Translations under genes and position numbers: made by a program
Notes under the pieces: model-generated
Seen by the model: the letters and a program-made list of their open reading frames with translations, nothing else
What the model was told of the DNA's origin: nothing
Databases searched by the model: none
In this document: in pieces, positions 35,007-45,123 of the stretch
How the letters are laid out: the number at the start of each line of letters is the position of its first letter
Position numbering within the stretch: the first letter of the stretch is position 1
Assembly (NCBI GenBank): GCA_016179955.1
Contig: JACPCD010000007.1
Coordinates: forward strand, 5,907 to 69,906
DNA from: Candidatus Woesearchaeota archaeon
GTDB lineage: Archaea > Nanobdellota > Nanobdellia > Woesearchaeales > GW2011-AR9
DNA: 64,000 nt
Direction: 5' to 3'

Positions 35007-36542
35007 ATGGAACTCCAGAGCATCGTAGCGAAACTGCACCCGCTCGAACGGGCAGTCCTGCCGGCGCTAACCTCTGCCAAAGAAGTGGCAGCTATTGCCA
35101 AAGCGGTTCATCTGCAAGACGTCGAAGTGATGCGGGCCTTGCAGTGGCTGGAGAATAAAGGAATTCTTACCCTAACGACTCAGGGCCAGAAAATAATGGA
35201 TTTAGGCCGCAATGGCATAAAATACCAACGGGAAGGATTGCCGGAGAAACATTTTCTGGCCGCATTATCAGAAGAGTTTAAAGGCCTCAACATCATCATC
35301 AAGAAATCAAAACTAAGTAGGGAAGAAGTTAATGCCTGTATTGGCGTGCTGAAGAAGAAAGCCGCCATTGAGGTGCAGCAAGGGGAGATGCTGCAGATTA
35401 AAATTACTCCCCTGGGAATGAAGCATCGAGAAGAACGAAGCATGGAAGAAGAGTTCCTGCAGCAGACCTTTCCCCTGCCGCTGAAAGAAGCCGAAGCGCG
35501 GTACCATGCTGTCGTTGAAGAATTGCTACGGCGCAAAGATTTCTTAACGGTCGAAGAGCATAAGACCATAACGGCCGCGTTAACGGAGTTGGGAAAGAAA
35601 GTGGTAACTATGGATACCAGTTCGGAAGTCATCAACCGGCTCACCGGAGCGCAGCTGCGCAGCGGCTCCTGGAAAGAAAAAACGTTTCGGGCCTACGATG
35701 TCGAAAGCAATGTTCCGCGAACATACGGAGGCAGAAAACATTTTGTGACCCAGGCAACAGAGTATGCCAAGCAGGTCTGGCTGGAGATGGGATTTAAAGA
35801 AATGGCTGGCCCAATGGTTGGTACTTCCTTCTGGTGTTTTGATGCCTTGTTTGTGCCGCAGGATCATCCTGCCCGAGAGATGCAGGATACCTTTTTTCTG
35901 GGTGGAGAGTTGGAAAAAGGAGAACTTCCTGAAAAAAAGCTGGTGCAAAAAATAAAAGAGGTCCATGAGCACGGCAAAGGCGCCGAGAGTAGCGGCTGGC
36001 AGTATTCCTGGAATGAAGAGGAAGCCCGGCGGAATGTGCTGCGAACCCATACTACGCTGCTGTCGGCCCAAACCTTGGCGACGTTGAAAGAAGACAATTT
36101 ACCGGCAAAATTTTTTGCCTTGGGCAAGAATTTCCGCAATGAAGCGCTGGACTGGAAGCACCTGTCAGAATTCAATCAGACCGAAGGGATTGTGGTAGAT
36201 AAGGACATCAGTTTCCGGCACTTGCTGGGATATCTGAAGCAGTTCTTTCGCAAGATGGGCTTTCCGAAAGCACGATTCCGTCCAGCTTATTTTCCATATA
36301 CGGAACCAAGCATTGAGATTGACGTGTTTCATCCGCTGAAGAAAGAATGGGTAGAATTGGGGGGAGCCGGGATTTTCCGGCCGGAAGTGGTGGTGCCGCT
36401 GTTGGGAAAAGACATCCCCGTCTTGGCCTGGGGGCCGGGATTTGACCGGATTATATTGGACTATTACTCTATTACAGATATCCGTCAGCTGTACCAAAAC
36501 GACCTGCAGCAGCTGCGGGAAATGAAACTGTGGTTAAAGTAA
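35007..36542 (+). CDS. pheS: Phenylalanine--tRNA ligase alpha subunit (archaeal type)
   Basis: 511 aa with class II motifs (FRNEALDWKHLSEFNQTEGIVVD, GGAGIFRPEVV). Confidence 0.9.
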   Translation: MELQSIVAKLHPLERAVLPALTSAKEVAAIAKAVHLQDVEVMRALQWLENKGILTLTTQGQKIMDLGRNGIKYQREGLPEKHFLAALSEEFKGLNIIIKKSKLSREEVNACIGVLKKKAAIEVQQGEMLQIKITPLGMKHREERSMEEEFLQQTFPLPLKEAEARYHAVVEELLRRKDFLTVEEHKTITAALTELGKKVVTMDTSSEVINRLTGAQLRSGSWKEKTFRAYDVESNVPRTYGGRKHFVTQATEYAKQVWLEMGFKEMAGPMVGTSFWCFDALFVPQDHPAREMQDTFFLGGELEKGELPEKKLVQKIKEVHEHGKGAESSGWQYSWNEEEARRNVLRTHTTLLSAQTLATLKEDNLPAKFFALGKNFRNEALDWKHLSEFNQTEGIVVDKDISFRHLLGYLKQFFRKMGFPKARFRPAYFPYTEPSIEIDVFHPLKKEWVELGGAGIFRPEVVVPLLGKDIPVLAWGPGFDRIILDYYSITDIRQLYQNDLQQLREMKLWLK

Positions 36543-36602
36543 AAAAATAATAATAACATAAATAATAAAAAAAAGAATAATAAAAACAGCGATTACAGCA
36601 AC

Positions 36603-38240
36603 ATGCCCACCATAACCCTAAACAAAAGAGTATTTGAAGAACTGGTCGGAAAAAAATTGCCACTGGAGCAGCTGAAAGACCGCATCAGCATGCTGGGAAC
36701 GGATCTCGAGAAAATTGAAGGAAACGAGATTGTGGTAGAGATATTCCCCAACCGCCCGGATATGCTGTCAGAATCGGGATTTGCGCGGGCCTTCTCCAGT
36801 TTCATTGGCGTCAAAACTGGATTACGGCAGTACGAAGTAAAAGACAGTGGGCAGAAAGTGATCATAGAACCGTCCGTTAAAGACGTTCGTCCCTATACTG
36901 CCTGTGCCATCGTCAAGAACATGAACTTAGATGACGAAAAGATTCAGGAAATCATCCAGATCCAGGAAAAGCTGCACCTCACCTATGGCCGCAACCGCAA
37001 AAAGGCCGCCATTGGCATCTATCCTTTGGACAAAATTTCTTTTCCGATCAGTTACCGGGCAGAAGTTTCGGAACAGATACGATTCTGGCCGCTGGATAGC
37101 ACGGAGGTTATGACTGCGTCGAAAATTCTAACGGAGCACAAAGCGGGAAAAGAATACGGGCACTTGCTCACCGGACAGAAAAAATATCCTCTCTTCCGCG
37201 ATGCGCTGGGAGAAATATTAAGCATGCCACCCGTCATTAATTCCCATTTTATTGGCCGAGTCACGCCAGAAACTCAAGCGGTCTTTATTGAATGTTCCGG
37301 CTTTGACTTCCGCGTCCTGAGCATCTGCCTAAACATTATTGTAACGGCCTTGGCCGATCAGGGCGGAAAAATACTTTCGGTGGCCCTAGAGTATGGAAAG
37401 AATACTGAAGTTACGCCTCAACTCCATCCGATGAAGATGAAATTAGATTTAGCCTACATCAACGCCCGTCTGGGATTAAAACTGTCGGAAAAAGAAGCCG
37501 CAGCCCTTTTGGCCCGCATGGGCTATGGGTATGAGCACGGCACCGTGTTGGTGCCTGCATATCGGGCTGACATATTACATCAGGTAGATTTGATGGAAGA
37601 CCTTGCCATCGCCTATGGGTATGAGAATTTTGAGGAAGAGATCCCCCAGGTCTCAACCATCGGCGAAGAAGATAATCTTGAAAAATTTTGCCGGAAGGTG
37701 CGGGAAGCGTTGATGGGCCTGGGCTTGCTGGAAGTCAAGAATTACCATCTGTTGATGGAAGAGCAGCTGAACCAGAATATGAATTGTTCCCGGCCTTTAA
37801 TCAGCTTGAAGAACGCGGTGGGAGAACATAACCATCTCCGCAATGCTCTCCTGCCGGGATTACTGAAGAACCTAGCCGAGAACCAGCACCACCAATACCC
37901 GCAGAATCTGTTTGAAGTAGGTAAGATTTTTCAGCGGGGAAAAACTGACACCGGAGTAAAAGAAATTACTTCTCTCGCTATGGTGCTATGCCATGAAAAA
38001 ACTGATTTTACGGAAATGCGGCAGCTCCTCGATGCGCTGATGGTTAGTCTCGGGTTGAAAGCGGTGATAAAAGAAAGCCAGCATCCCAGCTTTATCGAAG
38101 GGCGTCTGGGCACGATTTTGGTTAATGGAACGGAAATTGGTGTGATGGGTGAGATCCATCCGGCAGTGCTGGTTAATTGGGAATTAACGGTGCCGGTGGT
38201 AGCATTAGAGATTGATCTGGAGAAGATAAGTGCATCATAG
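36603..38240 (+). CDS. pheT: Phenylalanine--tRNA ligase beta subunit (archaeal type)
   Basis: 545 aa, with B3/B4- and B5-like regions collinear with archaeal PheT. Confidence 0.85.
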   Translation: MPTITLNKRVFEELVGKKLPLEQLKDRISMLGTDLEKIEGNEIVVEIFPNRPDMLSESGFARAFSSFIGVKTGLRQYEVKDSGQKVIIEPSVKDVRPYTACAIVKNMNLDDEKIQEIIQIQEKLHLTYGRNRKKAAIGIYPLDKISFPISYRAEVSEQIRFWPLDSTEVMTASKILTEHKAGKEYGHLLTGQKKYPLFRDALGEILSMPPVINSHFIGRVTPETQAVFIECSGFDFRVLSICLNIIVTALADQGGKILSVALEYGKNTEVTPQLHPMKMKLDLAYINARLGLKLSEKEAAALLARMGYGYEHGTVLVPAYRADILHQVDLMEDLAIAYGYENFEEEIPQVSTIGEEDNLEKFCRKVREALMGLGLLEVKNYHLLMEEQLNQNMNCSRPLISLKNAVGEHNHLRNALLPGLLKNLAENQHHQYPQNLFEVGKIFQRGKTDTGVKEITSLAMVLCHEKTDFTEMRQLLDALMVSLGLKAVIKESQHPSFIEGRLGTILVNGTEIGVMGEIHPAVLVNWELTVPVVALEIDLEKISAS

Positions 38241-38252
38241 AAAAGATTAAAA

Positions 38253-38630
38253 TTATTTCTTCCCTTTCGCTGCTGCCGGAACCTTTTCTTCTTTTTTCTG
38301 TGGTTTTGGTGATTCTTTAACCTGGGCAGGCGACTTCTCTTTAACCGTCCGCTGCCGACGGGGGCGTGGAACTGCCGCTTTGGCATGTGTCTCCCAGACC
38401 GGAAGACCGTGTTTCTCAAATGCTTTCGTTACGTCCGCATGGCTGGCGCCTTTCTTCAGCGTAAGAACCTCTGCTAAGGGTTCCAGATGCTTAATATTCA
38501 CTTTCTTTCGGCGAGTAGAACCGTCAACTAAAACATAAACATTATCGAGCTGCTCCACCACCACGCACTTCAATCCACTATCCCGGCCGGCAATTTTAAC
38601 ACAGAGCCTGCCCACCGTAAAGAGACTCAT
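38253..38630 (-). CDS. rpl14e: 50S ribosomal protein L14e
   Basis: MSLFTVGRLCVKIAGRDSGLKCVVVEQLDNVYVLVDG (KOW) plus a lysine-rich tail. Its ATG overlaps the L34e stop (ATGA). Confidence 0.75.
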   Translation of the reverse strand: MSLFTVGRLCVKIAGRDSGLKCVVVEQLDNVYVLVDGSTRRKKVNIKHLEPLAEVLTLKKGASHADVTKAFEKHGLPVWETHAKAAVPRPRRQRTVKEKSPAQVKESPKPQKKEEKVPAAAKGKK

Positions 38631-38899
38631 GCTGCACCTCTGGCTTTTCGTTGAACCAACGCCCGAGTGCAGGCAGAACAAAACATCCCGCCATAGGGCC
38701 GCTGCGGCCGTTTGGCTGTTTTAGGGATATTTCTCATAATGGAATTAATCTCCCGCGGAATTCCCGCGAGGGGCTTATGGCAGCTGGCGCAGTGCGCCCG
38801 GGACGGCTTGCGCCGGCGGTACTGCAGGACGGTTCTACTGCCTGGAGTTTTAACAAAGACTCTCCGCAGTCGTCGGGATCGAAACATTCCTCGTGGCAT
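38627..38899 (-). CDS. rpl34e: 50S ribosomal protein L34e
   Basis: RSRRLRRVFVKTPGSRTVLQYRRRKPSRAHCASCHKPLAG. Confidence 0.8.
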   Translation of the reverse strand: MPRGMFRSRRLRRVFVKTPGSRTVLQYRRRKPSRAHCASCHKPLAGIPREINSIMRNIPKTAKRPQRPYGGMFCSACTRALVQRKARGAA

Positions 38900-39027
38900 G
38901 ATGATTTCCTCCTAATATCTTATGACATAAAGCACTCAGAAAAGCAAAGATCTGAGTTACCTCAAGATCATTCCCTGTGGGGATGATGATATAATTCCCG
39001 GAACGATGGTGATTTATAAACTTTTCT

Positions 39028-39774
39028 CTAATACACCTTAAACACTTTCCTCAGCCCCAAGCTAAAGACAATCGAGAGAATAATATACAGGCTTAACCAT
39101 CCCGGATGCCAGCCAAAGAATTCTACCTCGCCTAATGGGCGCATCTTGTTGTAATTTATCTTTATCTGTTCAATATCCGAATGCTGGTAGAGCGTAAACG
39201 GCTCTTCATACTTCAGCTCATTGGTAATAAACACCTTCTTGCTCTGGGAGATGCTGCCCAATTGCACCGTCAGGAAATGATCTCCGGCAGTGCTCTTCAG
39301 GTTCCAGGTAACAGTGCTGGCGACGGGCTGCTTTGCGGGTGAACTCAATTCCGTGCCTTCGTCAGCAATCAATTCTGCCTCTCCGGTAACCCCTTCCTTA
39401 AACAATGCGGTGATACTATAGGTCTCGCCGGGAAAGATAGGCTCATACGCCAGATGGGCATTCATCCAGCCGAACAGAAGAATGATCGGTAAAATAGTGA
39501 TAAAAGTAGCTTTAAGTGAATGTTTCATGTACTCAAAATTCTTCTTCATGGCTTCTTTTTGAATCTTCATCATCTCCTCTGGTTTATCCCGCAGTTCTTT
39601 CATTCGTTTCTGGGACTCTTTCTGCTCTTCTTTCAGTCGTTTCATCTCTGCTTGATTGGTGAAGAACTTATAGACCACGATGATGATCAATGAAATTATT
39701 AAGGAAAGGATGAAGATGGCCCAGAAGGGGCCTAAGGCAAGTACTGGATTTAATACCGGGTCTAAAAAAGCCAT
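39028..39774 (-). CDS. DUF106-family (YidC/Oxa1/EMC3-like) membrane protein
   Basis: TM1, a Met/Gln/Lys-rich coiled coil (MKRLKEEQKESQKRMKELRDKPEEMMKIQKEAM), then TM2-3. It sits at the conserved archaeal position between secY and rpl34e. Confidence 0.55.
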   Translation of the reverse strand: MAFLDPVLNPVLALGPFWAIFILSLIISLIIIVVYKFFTNQAEMKRLKEEQKESQKRMKELRDKPEEMMKIQKEAMKKNFEYMKHSLKATFITILPIILLFGWMNAHLAYEPIFPGETYSITALFKEGVTGEAELIADEGTELSSPAKQPVASTVTWNLKSTAGDHFLTVQLGSISQSKKVFITNELKYEEPFTLYQHSDIEQIKINYNKMRPLGEVEFFGWHPGWLSLYIILSIVFSLGLRKVFKVY

Positions 39775-39909
39775 AGCCGTATGTTTTAGGCGGGGGATTT
39801 AAAAACGTTGTGGAGGAAGAGGTGAAAATGCCCGAAAGACCTTCTTGATTATACCCTGCCCAAGATTTGGTCGCATAAGTTTTATAAATGATCCTGAAGA
39901 ACAAAAACC

Positions 39910-40245
39910 ATGGCCGCGATAACCTGGGATGATTTTGAAAAAGTAGAGTTAAGAGCCGGGACTATAATCCAAGTAGATGATTTTCCAAAAGCAAAGAAGC
40001 CAGCCTACAAATTGGTGATAAATTTTGGTGATTATGGCCTTAAAAAATCAAGTGCGCAAATTACCGCACTGTACAAAAAAGAGGAGTTATTGGGGAAGCA
40101 GGTTCTATGCGTCACCAATTTTTCGCCAAAACAGATTGGTAATTTTATTTCAGAAGTGCTTACCACCGGATTTATTTTAGATGATGGAAAGGTCGTTTTA
40201 GCGATCCCGGAAAGAAAAGTTAAGAATGGAACAAAGTTAGCTTAG
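39910..40245 (+). CDS. tRNA-binding protein of the CsaA/Trbp111 (EMAP/Myf) family
   Basis: WDDFEKVELRAGTIIQVDDFPKAKKPAYKLVINFGDYGLKKSSAQI. Confidence 0.8.
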   Translation: MAAITWDDFEKVELRAGTIIQVDDFPKAKKPAYKLVINFGDYGLKKSSAQITALYKKEELLGKQVLCVTNFSPKQIGNFISEVLTTGFILDDGKVVLAIPERKVKNGTKLA

Positions 40246-40259
40246 GGCAGAGTTTACTT

Positions 40260-41648
40260 TTACTCCATAAACTTCCGCATCATCGGATGCATGTCCATCA
40301 TGTGCTGCTTGGCAATCTCTTCATACAGCTTGTACACGATCATCACCATCAATAAGATGCCCGTTCCCTGCGACAACGCACCGGTTAAGTCCGCCAGCGC
40401 TGCCAACAACCCCACGGCCGCCCCGCCAACGATGGTCAAGGGCCAGATGTACCGGCTTAATATCTTCTCCAAAACCCGCTCATCCCGGCGGAAACCGGAA
40501 ATCTGCAAACCTGATGACAAAATCTGCCGGGCCTGAGACGCGGCATCCATATTAGCAGTTTGCACCCAGAATACGCCGAACATGATCGAGCCGCCGACCA
40601 TCAACAAGGTATAAATAAGCGCCTGCCCCAGCTGGGAAAACGTAAAGCTGCCTTGGATGATATTCTGAACAATATCTGGGGAAGTGACCCAGTACACCAG
40701 GCCGCTGATAGGCGTATTGCCGGAAAACGTTCCCAAGAGGGGATAGCCCCAGCGCTCCAGCAACGTCGCAAAGAGCTGGATATTAGCCAGTAAGGCCGCC
40801 ACCAAAATTACCGGGATATTAGAGGTATAAAAAAAGTTAAGCGGCCAGCGGATGCCATAGCCCCGGACCCGGCCAAACGTTAACGGAATTTCCACTTTCA
40901 TTGCTTGACCATAGACCGAGACGGCAAAGACCACGATGGTCGAAATAACTGCCGCAATCTGCAAAGTCGCAGTGGTAATGTCCCCTGCCGTCAGCGACTG
41001 AAACAATGCCGGAATGGCCCCAGCGGCAATATCCGGATTAGTGGGAGACGGCAGGAAATTAAAGGCGCGGATGAATATCTGCTGTGCAACTCCCGCAGCG
41101 ATGAACAGGCTGATTCCCGAGCCGAATCCCCATTTGCTGATGACTTCGTCCATGAACATGATCAAGATGCCGCCCAATATCAGTTGGACAATCAGCACTA
41201 ATTCCAGCTGGCCAAAGAGCGGCGTTCCCGCTAAGGCCGGGGAAGGCGCTAATCCACCCATCAGCACGTACACGGCCGCTTCAAACAGGATGAAAAAGAG
41301 CGATGCAACTTTCTGCAGCCCCTGGAAACGTTTGCGCCCTTCAGCGGAAGTTAGATCCAGCTTTAAGATGCCCGTGCCCGCCAATAATTGCAGCACGATG
41401 GACGCGGTCACGATGGGCCCGATCCCCAACGAGACGATGCTTCCAAACGACGCTCCTAAGATGATAGACAAAAATTCAAACTGTTGCAGGGCGTTCTCTC
41501 CCAACCCAAACAGGGGAATCAACCCCAGCACAAAAAAAAGGATCAGAATGATAAGAGACCATTTCAGCTTTTCCTTGAAGGAAAGCCGTTTCTGCTTGGG
41601 CCCCTGTACTTCCGGAAGATGGGACGTTACGGTATCCAGGAATGACAT
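40260..41648 (-). CDS. secY: Preprotein translocase subunit SecY
   Basis: 462 aa with 10 TM segments and conserved SecY blocks. Confidence 0.9.
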   Translation of the reverse strand: MSFLDTVTSHLPEVQGPKQKRLSFKEKLKWSLIILILFFVLGLIPLFGLGENALQQFEFLSIILGASFGSIVSLGIGPIVTASIVLQLLAGTGILKLDLTSAEGRKRFQGLQKVASLFFILFEAAVYVLMGGLAPSPALAGTPLFGQLELVLIVQLILGGILIMFMDEVISKWGFGSGISLFIAAGVAQQIFIRAFNFLPSPTNPDIAAGAIPALFQSLTAGDITTATLQIAAVISTIVVFAVSVYGQAMKVEIPLTFGRVRGYGIRWPLNFFYTSNIPVILVAALLANIQLFATLLERWGYPLLGTFSGNTPISGLVYWVTSPDIVQNIIQGSFTFSQLGQALIYTLLMVGGSIMFGVFWVQTANMDAASQARQILSSGLQISGFRRDERVLEKILSRYIWPLTIVGGAAVGLLAALADLTGALSQGTGILLMVMIVYKLYEEIAKQHMMDMHPMMRKFME

Positions 41649-41700
41649 GGTCGTCTCTTTTTTATTCTTGAACTTTTTGTAGTATTCTCCTCATGAGGTC

Positions 41701-42135
41701 TTATTGTTCCACGGAGGACACAATCGATCCACCAGCAGCTTTTATTTTTTCTTCGGCCTGCGCGCTGTGCCGGGGAACGATGACTTTCAACTTCAAATGG
41801 GTATTTCCAGTTCCCAGCAGTTTCCCGCAATGAATTTTGGTAAGGTCCACCACATAGGTATCGCCTTCTTTAGTTCCCCACTTTTGGACTTTTGGTAAGG
41901 TAAGATCACCCACATTAATGATCTTGTACTGCTCCGCCAGCGGATGGCGCACAAAGCCATGCCGGCCTAAATGAAAGTTCTTCAATCCGGCTTTCTTTTG
42001 TCCAGCGCGCTTTCCGGTTCCAGCATTTCCCCGGCCGCCCCGGGAACCGGCGCCCCGCCGTTTCTTCCGGCTGCCGCCGCCGTGGGTGACGCTGCCCCGG
42101 TACTTAGTCACTTTTTTCCGTCGGTGAACAACCAT
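41701..42135 (-). CDS. rpl15: 50S ribosomal protein L15 (uL15)
   Basis: Glycine/arginine-rich N-terminus (KYRGSVTHGGGSRKKRRGAGSRGGRGNAG). Confidence 0.85.
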   Translation of the reverse strand: MVVHRRKKVTKYRGSVTHGGGSRKKRRGAGSRGGRGNAGTGKRAGQKKAGLKNFHLGRHGFVRHPLAEQYKIINVGDLTLPKVQKWGTKEGDTYVVDLTKIHCGKLLGTGNTHLKLKVIVPRHSAQAEEKIKAAGGSIVSSVEQ

Positions 42136-42137
42136 AA

Positions 42138-42605
42138 TTAAATCATCCTCAGCAATAAATCATTAATTTTCTCCCCGCGATACCCTAAGGCCCCGCCGGC
42201 CGCAAAGGCAATCTTAATCCCTTTCCGCCCAAACCCTTTTCGCGGGGGATTCAACCGAAAATAGGATTTGAAATGCTTTTTCCCATAGGTCAGGTAAGGA
42301 TAGGAATATAATTTGGTGCGGTCCTGCAGCCGCCCGCCATAGGGCAATCCGCGCTTCTCCAGTAATTCCTTAAACACTTCCGCAGTAATCTCCCCCCAGG
42401 TCACAAAGTCTTTCACTTTGGCGATCATGCCCCGCAAGGCAGGAGTATCATTAACGATCACGCAATGGTTTTTGCGATGCAAGGTAAGTAGTGCCAATGT
42501 ATCTTTTATCTGCTGCGGCACTTTGGCTTCACCTCGGACTAAGATCACGGCGAACTTCCTATTTTCCATTGTCTTCATGTCCGCTCCCGAAGTTGCCTTT
42601 GCCAT
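42138..42605 (-). CDS. rpl30: 50S ribosomal protein L30 (uL30)
   Basis: FAVILVRGEAKVPQQIKDTLALLTLHRKN. Confidence 0.85.
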   Translation of the reverse strand: MAKATSGADMKTMENRKFAVILVRGEAKVPQQIKDTLALLTLHRKNHCVIVNDTPALRGMIAKVKDFVTWGEITAEVFKELLEKRGLPYGGRLQDRTKLYSYPYLTYGKKHFKSYFRLNPPRKGFGRKGIKIAFAAGGALGYRGEKINDLLLRMI

Positions 42606-43412
42606 CTATGCCTCCACCCCTGACACCGCAACGACGGGTTCTATTTTTTCCATGGTGCTTTTTTTCTCCAGTCGGCCATCAACGATCCCCAGCCGCGGAA
42701 TGTCTGCCGAAGCGATCTTCATCGTGGATAATTTTCGGAGCGCATCTAACAGCGCATGAATCAGGTTCACTTTGGTCTTGGTCTGGCCGCTGGTCTTGCT
42801 CCAAACGTCTTTAATGCCGGCCATGGCCAATATTTTAGCGCACTCTTTCTCGACGCATAACCCTTTTCCTTTCGGCGCCGGCATCAGCTGGATACGGGAC
42901 GAACCGCATCGTCCTTCCACCGCAAAGGGAATGGAATGGGCCATCTTGCAGTTGCACTGCCAGCTGCCGCAGCCCCGCCGAACGCGGATGACTTCCGTGC
43001 GGGCTTTGATCTTGGCTTTATCACGAGCCGGCACCGTTTCCTTGCTCTTGCCTAAGCCAATGCCTACATAACCATCTTTATTTCCCACTAAGGCGCAGGT
43101 GGTGAATTGAATTTTATTTCCTTCCTTGGTCTTTTTCTGGGTCTGGCGAAAGATCCGCCGCTGTCCGCCGCCAAACTTTCCTTTGGCCTGGCCAATCAAA
43201 AGTAAGTCCTCTTCCAGATTGGGGAGAAGCGTATCGGTTATTTGTGCTTCCATGATGTGCAACCCCTGGGCGAAGATCTGATCGATATCCGTAATGAGTC
43301 CTTGCTGTACCTTTTTTCCCAGCTCGGTTTTTGGTTTCCAGACTCGCTCGACTCTGGGGATCTCTTCAATGGGAACGCTTACAACTTCTGCCGGTATTGG
43401 ATCGTCTGCCAT
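42606..43412 (-). CDS. rps5: 30S ribosomal protein S5 (uS5)
   Basis: GGGQRRIFRQTQKK...ALVGNKDGYVGIGLGKSKE. Confidence 0.9.
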   Translation of the reverse strand: MADDPIPAEVVSVPIEEIPRVERVWKPKTELGKKVQQGLITDIDQIFAQGLHIMEAQITDTLLPNLEEDLLLIGQAKGKFGGGQRRIFRQTQKKTKEGNKIQFTTCALVGNKDGYVGIGLGKSKETVPARDKAKIKARTEVIRVRRGCGSWQCNCKMAHSIPFAVEGRCGSSRIQLMPAPKGKGLCVEKECAKILAMAGIKDVWSKTSGQTKTKVNLIHALLDALRKLSTMKIASADIPRLGIVDGRLEKKSTMEKIEPVVAVSGVEA

Positions 43413-43434
43413 GGTTTATTTCACAATATCATTA

Positions 43435-44022
43435 TTATTTTAATTTCCCCGTCTGATTGATTTTCTCTTTCACCTTATCAAATGTAACCCCTATCGCTGC
43501 CGGATCGACTTTTGCCGCCAGATACGCGCGGAACTGTGAACCGGATGATTTACCCGCCTGCTGCGCATACGTTGTGATGTGCTCTCCCCGGATTCTCTCT
43601 GGTGCCGGAAAAATATCCACTTCACCGTGAGGCACATCTAAGTTGCCATCGAGCAGCCCCTTCAGGAAGGCATACGCTTTCCCCTTTTTTAAACTTACTT
43701 TAAAACCGGTATCTAAGATTGCTTTGGGACAGCCCACGCCGAGAGCTTTCCGCGCCAACAGTAACCCCGTTAGATAGGCCGCCGGAACATTCTTGCCGGA
43801 GTAGGGCCAGCCAAGCGCTTTCAAGCTGCCGGAATCAACCGCCGCAATGACCTTATCCCCGACACTGTTGAATTCAATGATTTGGGCAATGATCTTTTGG
43901 TTGGTAAACCGAACCACCACTCGGGGAACGCCAGAGGTAAGCATCTTGATCCGTTTAGGATAGTGCGTCTTCTGCATTCTTTTCCGCCGGAACGGTACAG
44001 GTTTCAATCGCAGGCGTGCCAT
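43435..44022 (-). CDS. rpl18: 50S ribosomal protein L18 (uL18)
   Basis: RLKPVPFRRKRMQKTHYPKRIKMLTSGVPRVVVRFTNQKIIAQI. Confidence 0.85.
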   Translation of the reverse strand: MARLRLKPVPFRRKRMQKTHYPKRIKMLTSGVPRVVVRFTNQKIIAQIIEFNSVGDKVIAAVDSGSLKALGWPYSGKNVPAAYLTGLLLARKALGVGCPKAILDTGFKVSLKKGKAYAFLKGLLDGNLDVPHGEVDIFPAPERIRGEHITTYAQQAGKSSGSQFRAYLAAKVDPAAIGVTFDKVKEKINQTGKLK

Positions 44023-44024
44023 GA

Positions 44025-44486
44025 TTATTTCTTTTCCCCTCCGCGTTGTTGAACGAGATGGTGCTCCGTCAAGTATAACTTAATGTGCCGGATATTCCGG
44101 AAATAGCCCCCTTTGCTTTTGGCATAGAGCTGATGGTAATCCGCCATGGACAATAATTGCCGCTCCCGTAGCCGTTGGAGAAACTCTCGTTGCGCGCGGA
44201 TGCGTAATATCCACTGCCGTTTCCGGCCCAATAAGGAATATTTCGGCCCTTTGGCGCTGCCCCGGCCAACCCGGCGGCCTTTCCGCTTCTGCGCACTCCG
44301 TTCCCGTGCTCTTCCCCGGGATTGCTGGTTCGTCCCATCTTTCCATATCTTATGCACGGCAATCAGGCCACGGATATCAGAGCGGGTGATGGCTTTACGA
44401 ATATCCTCCAACGCCTCATCGGCGAACCGAATCTTAGACGGCGCCGTGTTCAGTATCTCCGCTGCTAATCGTTTTTTGGATTTCAT
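44025..44486 (-). CDS. rpl19e: 50S ribosomal protein L19e
   Basis: MKSKKRLAAEILNTAPSKIRF...IWKDGT. The start was trimmed to the internal Met. Confidence 0.85.
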   Translation of the reverse strand: MKSKKRLAAEILNTAPSKIRFADEALEDIRKAITRSDIRGLIAVHKIWKDGTNQQSRGRARERSAQKRKGRRVGRGSAKGPKYSLLGRKRQWILRIRAQREFLQRLRERQLLSMADYHQLYAKSKGGYFRNIRHIKLYLTEHHLVQQRGGEKK

Positions 44487-44505
44487 GGTCGTGGGGTAAT
44501 CATCT

Positions 44506-45123
44506 TTATTGTCGTTTAGTGATGGTCTTGTCAATCATTTCTTTTTGCTCTTCGCGTTTCTGCTCTTCCTCGCTCTTGCCTTCTGCAGCTTTTTCCTCCG
44601 TTTTCTTTTCCTGCTGCTCCTTTTTCTTTTTTTCCTCGGCTTTCTTTTTCTTCTCTTCGTCCTTCTGCTGCTTCTGAGCAAGGGATTCCCGGCGCTCTTT
44701 CCGCCGCTGCTCATACACTTCGGTCAAGCGAGCCCGTTCTTTACCGGCATCTTTGACGTTCAGCACCCGGATCTTCTTTTCCAAAGCAAAGGCCAACAGC
44801 GTCAAACGCTTTTTAGCACCCACCGCGGAAGCGATAACTGCTCCCTGGGTACGGGAATCTATTTTCTGTAATTCAGCGAGTGTATGCACCACAACCTTAG
44901 CCAGTCCAGAGGAATGCAATCCCCGCACTGCCCGGGGGGAACCATACCCTGGCGTGGGAAGAACTCCTTTTCCCTGATGATACTGCCGCACCGGGGAATG
45001 CCGCCCGCCGGGAAACCGCCATTTCTTTTTAATCCGCGGATAATATCCGGCTTCCTTGATGACAAATCGGGGCTGACGTTTCTTGGTGCGGTTCCGCAGC
45101 TCGAGTAAGGATGCCATGGTCAA
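44506..45123 (-). CDS. rpl32e: 50S ribosomal protein L32e with a lysine/glutamate-rich C-terminal extension
   Basis: PRFVIKEAGYYPRIKKKWRFPGGRHSPVRQ, then a ~60-aa K/E low-complexity tail. Confidence 0.8.
   Translation of the reverse strand: MTMASLLELRNRTKKRQPRFVIKEAGYYPRIKKKWRFPGGRHSPVRQYHQGKGVLPTPGYGSPRAVRGLHSSGLAKVVVHTLAELQKIDSRTQGAVIASAVGAKKRLTLLAFALEKKIRVLNVKDAGKERARLTEVYEQRRKERRESLAQKQQKDEEKKKKAEEKKKKEQQEKKTEEKAAEGKSEEEQKREEQKEMIDKTITKRQ

Noticed and set aside
38950-39010. C/D-box-like GGGGAUGAUGAU...AUGGUGA between rpl34e and the DUF106 gene
   Set aside because: A C box and a C'-like box are present, but no CUGA D or D' boxes occur in the required positions.
41014-41682. 222-aa plus-strand ORF and many other 60-160-aa ORFs antisense to secY, the r-proteins, the thermosome and others
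   Set aside because: Each is fully contained in, and antisense to, a strongly supported conserved gene. This is typical GC-rich shadow ORFs.
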